Below are positions 16,074-25,000 of a stretch of DNA of 64,000 nucleotides, in pieces. Source of the DNA: a virus (lineage: Duplodnaviria > Caudoviricetes); IMG/VR virus record IMGVR_UViG_3300032295_003128, positions 1-64,000 of that record, one strand, 5' to 3'. The position numbers and the translations under genes are program-made. The notes under the pieces are model-generated. The model made no database searches. It was not told the origin of the DNA and saw nothing but the letters and a program-made list of their open reading frames with translations. Numbering within the stretch: the stretch's first letter is position 1; each line of letters begins with the position of its first letter.

Positions 16074-19000
16074 TGAATTTCTCTGATTCGATCGGTCAGC
16101 CCGCGCTTTTCGGCTTCTCTCACGGCATCGGGACTCGGGACGTAGGGCGGGATTTCTCCGCTCATCACCGCTTCGGTATTGTCTTCGCCGACGCCGACGG
16201 CCCGGAGCCGGTCGCGGAAAGCGGTTTGGCTCAGTCCCAGACTGCGAGCCGAGAGATACTTACGATGGTATTTCTTCGCGATACGTTCACGGGCTTCATT
16301 CGTCAGACGGAGGGCTTCAGCCACGGCGCCCGGAGCCTGCGTTCCGTTGGACAGGAAGACTCGGTTGAAGAGAGCCGACGCGTCGCGCATCTCACGCATG
16401 TAGGCCGACCCAGCGAATCCAGCACTCTGGGACAGATCGACCTCGTTGATCCGCTGTCCGGCAACTACCGCGAGAATTTCGTTGAATGGATCATACGCCC
16501 GGCCTGACTCGGTGACTTGGCCGGTGAAAGCTTTATAGATGCGATCCGCGCTTCGAGCAGTTCCAGGGACGAACACATTCCCGACATGGATGCCGACGTT
16601 CTTGAGGATGTTTGTCGTCGAGTCCTGCGGATTGTAGATCCTCTGTCCCCGGCTGTCGGTGTTTCGAGCGACATCCATGAGAGACCCCGCCAAGAGCTGC
16701 TCACTGGCGAACGGCGATAGGGCCTCTTGAAATGCGCCTGCTGCCGCCTTGCCGAGTCCCGTGGTAATATCTTCGGCTCCGGTGACGGCTCTCCAGAACG
16801 CCCAGAGCGGCTTTTTGAGATAGTCATTCGGATCAGCAAAAGACACATCGGCAAAAGATATCTTTCCGTCTTTCCGCCCGAAGAGGAGAAGCTGGTTGTT
16901 CTTTTGCCAATCTGGGAGAAACTCGCGCAAGTCTTCTTCGTCGTCGGACGACAGGCCAGCCATCGCCATAAAAGACCCAGCTACCACGGACGGCACCGAC
17001 AGCGCAGTGGTGAAGCCTGCAACGCGGCGCCAGCCGAGTTTCACCAACTCTGGGTTGCCGGACTTGATCTCGTCGAAAGCCAGCTTCAGCGTATTGACGT
17101 TCGTGCGGACGACCTCTGTCGTAAAGGTGATGAACGGCGCGATGACAAGGCCCGGCCCCTTCTTCAACTCCTGCACCCACTCTGGGGCGAGCGAATACGT
17201 CCAGTGGATGTCACGGGCGATTTGGGCGGCTTTCTTTTTCAGATCGTCTTCGGCCATTTTAGGGAACGCTTTTCGGTAATTCTCCAGCTCGGAGAAGTAG
17301 ATGATCGCCTTGAAGATGTTGTCGCCCATGGCGTAAGTGCCTTTCGCGAAGTCCCAGGTTGCGGTGATGGGGCGAGTGAGGTGCTCGAGGAAACCTTCTG
17401 GGCCTTTCGTGGACGCGGCCCGCCCCACCGACTGCATGTCGTTGAGTAGATTTTCGACAAGATTCACCGACACCGACTCACCGAAGATGCCGAGTTGAAT
17501 CAATTCCTCGATGGCGTTTCGAGCTGCCGCCCGATCTTTGTAGTTCTTGAACACGTCTTGGATTGCCAAGCTGTGTCCTTTGCCGATCGCTTTGAGGTTG
17601 AAGTTTCCCGTCGAGAGAAGTTTCAGCCACCCCGACAAATAGTTGCGGACTTGCCCCGCTGCCGACCCGACTGTCGCCATCGCCATTGAGAGAGCCGTGC
17701 CCTTGGCTGCGATGTTGTAGACTGGGTTCGGCTTCTGGCGTGGGGGGAACATGCGGTAGAGACCTTCGACCATCTCCGAGTTGCCGTACATTCCGGCCAG
17801 CGGCGACAACCGCTCATTGCCCTCGGTCGCGATTTTGACATAGCCGACCGGGCGGTCTTCCCCATTGTCGCGCAGCCAACCCTCGGACAATCCCAGTTCG
17901 CGGAATTCGGTGAGGAACTTGTGGTTGTGGACGAGGCTGGTCAGCTTCATCACTGTTTTTCCATACGACGTTTCGGGGTCGTCGTTGACGCCCCAGAGTC
18001 GCTGGATCTCCGGCGCGATGACACCCCTTTTGGTCAAGATCGAGAGATTCTTCTGACCCGGAATCCGACCGGACAGGACTTCGAGCGACGGCGAAGATTT
18101 ATAGACCGCGAGAAAACTCTCGAGCACGTTGTCCACATTCGCTGCTGACAATCCCTTAGCCGCCTGCCGATCAGCTTCGGCGCGTCCCAGGACTTGCCCT
18201 TTGGCGGCGGCTTCTTCGATCAGGCTATCCGCGTTGTCTTTGACGAGCTGACGCCTAATGAACCGACGGGCGTCGGCCATGACTTTGGTGTTCTTGCGAA
18301 TCTGCTGCACCCACTTGTCCTTGAGATCGAAGATCGAGTAGCTGCGGTTGAGGTAAATGCCGAGGTTCTCGTCCACCGCCAGCTTCATGTCGCCGCCGAC
18401 CATGTCGGACACTTTCTCTTGAAGCACCATGAGGTGCTCGTTCATCTCCCGGACAGTCTTCTTGATCGCTCTGGGTAGGGACTTCAGGGCGGCCTGTTGC
18501 TTGACCCGGAAGGCGGCCCGATTAAGGCGGAGGTATACCATCCGCTTCTCGCTGGCGGCCTTGGGATCGGTCAGCCGGATACGAGCGATGTCGTTGAGCT
18601 GGTCTTCGGTGAACGGGTTTTCCAAGTTACCTAGAGCCGTGGTGATCGTAGCCCGATTTACCCGGACACCGGCGTTGGCCGCCTCGCGGAGCTGGCGTCC
18701 CAGAATGCGAAGCAAGTCGTCCGCTCGGCTGGCATCGGCTTTTTGATTAAACTGCGAATCGAGGAGAAGCTGGTAGCCCCGGCGATCCATGTCACGGGTC
18801 ACGGCGGTAAAAGATTTCTCGCGAACGTAGTTGCCCGGGCCAGTCGGGATGACCTCGTCCCGGAACACACCGCCGAGGGAGAAGAACGTTTGCTCGGCTG
18901 CTGGATTGTTGTAATCCCAATATACTCCCGCCGCCATCACACCTCCGGTTGCGGGTTTCACCGCGCCCTCGATGACGTCTCCATCTTCGTCACGTTTCGG

Positions 19001-22000
19001 AGACGCTGCCGCAACGAACTCCTCGCGGGTCATCGTCGCCACCGCTGCGGCAACGTCTAGGCTAGGCGCATCAGTAGCGACCGCTTTAGTGCGCGGCGCG
19101 GCTGTTTTTGCGGCGGCCTTGGCCTTCGGTTCGGCCTTGGCCTTAGTCGTCGCTTTAGCTTCCGGTTTCGGTTCAGGCTTCGGTTCAGGCGTAGGCTCAG
19201 GAGTCGTGGCCTTTTCTTTCTTGGCTTTGGATTTGGATTTTGGCTTCGGAGGCTCTGGCTCTGGGTCGGGATCTGTGTCCGCGTTAGTGTCGGTCTCTTC
19301 AGGCTTCGCTGCCGCTTCGGCTGCTGCCGCTTGTTCGGCGGCCAACGCGGCTGCTGCCGCCGCTTGTTCGGCTTCCGCTTGCTCGGCTGCCGCTTGTTCG
19401 GCGGCCAATGCCTGTTCAGCGTCCACTTGCTCGGCAACTACCAACTCGGCTTCCAGCTTTTGAATGTCTCGCTGAAGCTCGTTCCTAGGGCCGTAATTCT
19501 CGATGCTCCGCATCCCAGGCTGCGAGCCGTAGTTGAATGCGCCGAGAACGTCGTTGAGCGCCTGGAGGTCCCGCCGCTTCGACGCGAGTTCGGAGCTTAC
19601 CTCCGCGAGAGGACGGGCTTCGATTGCTGGGGCTGGGGCCGGAGCCGGAGCCGCTTGATCGGCGCGACGTTGCCCCCTCGTAAATTCAGGGAACTTAACC
19701 TGATTCGGCTCTGGGACGGGGTTCGGAATAACCATGAGCCAACGCGCTTCGGCTGCGGCCTTCGCACGGACATCCCGTTCAGCCGGCCACTCAGCGGCAA
19801 TACGATTGCGGTCTTCGGCTGTCCCGGCCAAATCACGGGCTTCGATCTGTTCCTCGATAAACTGTTGCTGGGCCACGAGAGCGGCCATCTCGTCAACCAT
19901 CCGGCTGCGGATCAACTCTGGGGCGGCGTCGCCGTCTACGCTGGCGAAGTTCAGGCGCCATGAATCACTGAAGCCTTCAGCAAGAGGCGAGTTCCGATCG
20001 ACTTGAACCCCGGTGATTAGAGTCACAACGGCGTTCCAGACGTCCTTGATCGCGTCCATGAAGTTCCGCGATGTGCCGTCGGCCTTTCCAAATCCCAGTT
20101 CCGCGAGGCGCTTTGCCACCTCGGGGTTGTGCGTAACATCGACGACGAATTCTTCGAGGCTTACGAGCGCCGCCAACGGCTGGTTCGATTCCGCTGCGGC
20201 TGCTTCCGCGAGCTGGTCGGTGATAATTTGCACATCCGCGCCGGACAGATTCTTCGGAACATCGAGGCCCCGGGACCGGGCTTCGGCGAGGATCGCTTTG
20301 CTACGGAGGGTTTCGAGGCGGGCGATTGCGCTTCGTTCGGCAGGGTTCAGTTCGACTTCGCCACTGAGCTTCGCGCTGACTGCGACGTGCGACAGTTCGT
20401 GAAGCAAGGTGTCAATGATCCCCTCTGCACGATTGGTGTGGTTTCCAGTAGAGTTTAGGTACACCGAGTATGCGCCGTTTGCGTCCACCGAAGCGCGCCC
20501 AGACCAGATTACAGAATTTGACTTAGCGATGTCCCGCGTGACTTCGTCGAGGAGCGTTTGCCGCTGTTCGGGATCGGTTTCGTCGATGGGAATTTGCCGC
20601 TTTTTGCCGTCCAGCGTGACGACGTAGTTTCCGTCTTTGACAGCCAATCGCTTCTCGACTTCTTCCAACGTAATAGGCCGAGCGGCGTAGTTGCGGCCGA
20701 ATCCTGCTATCTGCAAGCTGACGTTGTCGTTCCAGTTCAGTCGGCTGTTCAGCTTCAGGAAAGCCTGCGCCGCCGCACGCGACTTCGCGTTGACTTTCGG
20801 GTCGGCGGCGACGGTCTTGAGAAACGTGTCGATGTCCTTGAACGCGTTGGCCTTGATCAAGTCCCTCATGTTCTTCCGAGCGAGCTGCACTTGGCGCGGG
20901 GTATTGCTTCTGGCCTTCTGGGTGCGGCCCATGCCGAGAAGCAGATCCGTGCTGCTCTGGGTGATGAGCATGTCCGCGATCGGCTGCATCGTCTGGCCTA
21001 TCACGTTGCCGCCGGCCGCCAGCGTATTTTCTGAGGACTTGCCGTCCGTTTCGATGGCCGACGCGATGCGGTCAATCTCGTCGTCCGTATAACCCTTGAG
21101 GTCATCGGCCTTGAGGCCGGAGTATCCCGCGACGTAAGTCCGGGCTGCGTTCCGCGCTATCCGTCGGACGGTGCGGTTGAGAAGACGAGTTCGTGCGCGA
21201 GGTCGCTGAGTCGCGTCAGCGGGTCTTCCTGAAACGCCCCCGGGTCCGTCAGCATCAGGTCCGGCAGGGCTCCGTAGTCCCCCTTCAGCATCCGGTTCAA
21301 CATTTTGTCCCCCAAGCGACTGGCTAACTCGGGGTGATTCTCCAGAAGTACCACCGCCATCAGCCGACAAGCCACGTCCGGATACTCCGCTAGGAGTTCT
21401 GCGCGCGAGCGAGCGCGCGGCTCCGCCTTGCTTGGCCCAGTCGAGGAGTTCTCGTCGTTCAAGGAGTTTTTCTGCGGCTGGGGACGGCTGGTAACTGGCG
21501 GCGTCAATGTAGTTTTCTCGTTCTGCATAAAGTTTATTATAGCTGATTTCACTCCGAAGATAACTAAGTATTTCCTCTAGGCGCGGGTTGGTAGAGACAA
21601 CGTCTTCGACCGATCCACCTTCTTTGACCGCTTTTTCAGCCGCGTCGATCTTACGCGGTATGCGGCGTCCCTCGCCGTCCTCGTCTTGATACCAGATGCG
21701 TCCTTGCTCTGGACCGTAATCAAACGCGTCGAGTAGAATTTCTCGGTCTTCAGGGCTAAGCGCCTTGACTAGCTCCAGCTCCTCGCCCTCCAGGCGGAAG
21801 TTGACGCGTCCCAGATCGGGGCCGTCATCCTCGCTTTCCAGATCTGGCGCGTCGTCGCTTTCCAGATCTCGCATCTCGTCTTCTGGATTTTGGTAAGCCC
21901 GACCGCGTGTCGGCGCCTCATTGCTTTTGGTTTGCAGCCGTGCGTCGGCTTCTCCAGCTCCAGTCCCAGCTTTAGCCTGCAACGACTCGGTGCGGATTTT

Positions 22001-25000
22001 GTTAGCCCGTGCTGTCACTACCTGTTTCCGCGCCGCGTCCGCCGCCTTTTTAGCCGTTTCAAACGGGTCGTATTGGGCGTACGCGTCTCGTGCGATGGTT
22101 GCCAGCCGGTTGACGAACCGGTCTTCCGCCCGCTGTTGCTCTTTGGTCTGACCTTCGGGTCTGGGACGATCCGCCAGGGCTTTGACTACTGCGGTAAAAT
22201 CTTTTGTCCCCAGCGCGCTGCTCTTGGCGGCTTTGCCGCGTTCTTTACGTTGGTTTTTGTATCCGGACTCTTTCTCAATACGATCCAGAGTGGCGTTAAG
22301 TTTTTTAGCTGCTTGCTCTGCTTTCGCCGGGTCTTTGCCCGACAAGAAACGAAGTTCCGCGCCGATACGTTCTCTCGCTGTGTCGATGTCCGCCAGATCG
22401 TCTTCCGTGATCCGAAGGCCCGCGCTGTTTGCGTCGAGGCGCACCGCTTCGATAGCTTCGCGAGAAAGCCTTTGCGGGGCGGATTTCTGCATCCGGGTTT
22501 TCTGGGCTTCGGCCAGGGCGGCGACGAATTGCCGCGCCAGCCGGATTTGGTCTGCTTCGGGAAGGCTGCTCGGCCTCCGGGGGTTGTCGCGCACCGCATT
22601 GAGGAAGGCTTCGGTCGCCGAGTTGACTGCTTTTTGGCGAGCTGTCGCGGCCACCTCTTCAGCTTCGGTTCCCGTCAACCCTTGCTCGGCCCCGACTGTT
22701 TCGTAGACGGTGTCTTCGTTGGTGAACGTATCGGCCCGGAAAAGTCCCGGCAGGACGGCGTCTAGTCCACCGATCGTGATTTGCTCCCGGAGCAGTTGCA
22801 AAGGCCGGGGAAGCGCTTTGACCGCCGCTTGCATTTCTCTCGTTGATTCGGCTTCGGCACGTCGGCTTTTGAGTCGCGTTTCGTCGGAGTCTATCGAGCG
22901 CCCCAGATCCGATTGGTAGACCTTATTGAACGCGCCGAGTCCTTTTAACTCAGTGTTAAACCTCTTCGGACGATACGCTTTAGACTTGCGCTGCGCTTCC
23001 AACCGCTTCTCCTCGAAGTCGAAAGGAAGGACATCGAGCTGGCTCTGTAGTTCGGCAACCGAGCGTTCAGATTTCCTGACCTTGTCTTGGGTCTCTGGAT
23101 TGTCGATTAGGTTTAAGCGCGTCGAGTTCAACGACCGGAGACGCTGCTCTAGAGAACGGATCTCATCCGTGAAAAGCTGCAACCGAGACTTGGCGTCGCC
23201 GCGACGACCCCGGAACGAAGGCAACGATTTGGAAATTTGGCTGAGTTCTTCGCGGTATTGATCTCTCGTCGATTTCAGCTTTGCGAGCCGTTCTTCTTCG
23301 CGCTGAAGTTTAATCTGATCGTCGTAGCGCGCAGCGTCACTTTCGAGACCTCCCTGTTTTCCAGGCGTTCTAACCAACCGCCTCAAGCGATTGACGCTTG
23401 CTTCCCGCTCCTGGAGCGAGGGGGCCTGCTGGTTCAGAAGCTCGCGAAGTTTATCGCGCCGCGCCAGAAGCTTTGGCTCCCGTTTCACCGCATCGGCTTT
23501 GGTTTTCAGGCCGTCCAGCTCGGCGGACGTTTCTTCAATTTCTTTGTCGAGCTGCTCACGCTTGGCTTTAGCGTTGGCGTTTTGATCGACTAACGCATTG
23601 AAATCCGTCCGCGCCCCTTCTCGGGCAAGCATGGCTTCCCGCAAGGCCGCTTCGAGTTCTTGCTTACGCGCTGCTTCTTGGCGGTCTAGCTCGCCCATCC
23701 GATCGCGGTCGGCTTCTTGGATTCTCCACTGAGATTCCCGCCACGCTTCGTCTTTGCGCTGGTCAATCGGCGAGATCGAAAAGGCAAGCGGGTCTTGGGC
23801 CAGAACCGGCATTCCGTCCGGAGCAAACTGCCCTTCACTAGCCCGGGAGCCTTTGGTTTTGGCTGGCTTAGAGCCTTGGCTGATTTGATAAGGTGCGGAC
23901 TTGCCGTCCGTCCCATACCAATCGACGGCTGTGAACACTGGCTGCCAGACGCCACGGAAAAGTCGGTTTTCGATCCGCGCAGTCGGGTCGTTCTTGAACA
24001 TCTCGACCAGCTCCGGCGTCGCACGAACCACGTCGCCGCGATTCATGCCACGGGCGACTTCCGTTTTGACTCGGTTTTTCGCCCTTTCGTAGTTCGCCTT
24101 ATCGAGGTTGAATTGGCTGTTGGCGGCTTTGAATTCAGCGTCAGCTTGCGCCGCTTGGGTCTCATACTCCTCCCGGGCTTGCCGTTCGAGTGCGACGACC
24201 TCGTCATCTACCCGTTGACGCGCCAACGAAGGGGCGTCCGCCAGCACCGCGTCGATTTGCTTGGGAGTGCGCGGGGCCGATTGCATCACTCCGCGCTCGT
24301 CGGTGAAGAACGTTGGAACGTAAGCCTTGGCTCGTTCTTCTTCCAAGTAGCGGGCATACACCGCCTCTCGCTGCTCCGGAGACATCGGAGTCGGGCGAGG
24401 AATCTGTTTACGCACCGGACGGACGGGAGCGGCTTCCGGCGCGTCGATCATCAAAGTCAACCGCGCTTTGACGGGGCGCCCCCGATTCCAGAGAGGTCCG
24501 CCGCTTGCCGCTGCGCCTTGAGCCAAGCCCTCGGCCACCTGCCGCTGGATGCGCTGATCACCAGCCTCACTGACTTGTTTCGGGCGATCTCCCAGAGCTG
24601 CCAACCGCTGCTCCAACTCCTGCGCCTTTGCCGAGAGCGCGGACCGCTCTTCTACGCTGAGGCGTCCGGCTAAGTTTTGTTTTACGACTTCTACGACTTT
24701 TCCGGTTTGGTCTTTTACTGGACGGACTCGCGCATCGTTCGCAGCGACATCAGATTTAGAGGTCAAAGCCCCTCGGTCAGACAGCAAAAGGCGTTGGCGA
24801 ACCTCGTTCAGTTCTTTGCCGATGGCTTCTCGCTCGGCCTGAGTTTCCGGCGTTTCTTGTACAGATTGCTGTCCAAGTCCGTCTTGGGTCTCGACGACGC
24901 CCGACGGCGCTGAGGGAGCGTCGCTCCCGAAGATATACTCGACTTTGTAGGTCAGCCCCCGATCAGCACCGGTTCCATCGGTCACTGTCATCGTTGGCGG

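Noticed and set aside
18977-18991. DEDGD in the giant protein as a virion RNA polymerase active site
   Set aside because: It lies next to a low-complexity linker without NADFDGD-like context, and I recognised no single-subunit RNAP motifs; a very divergent RNAP cannot be fully excluded without HMM or structure searches.
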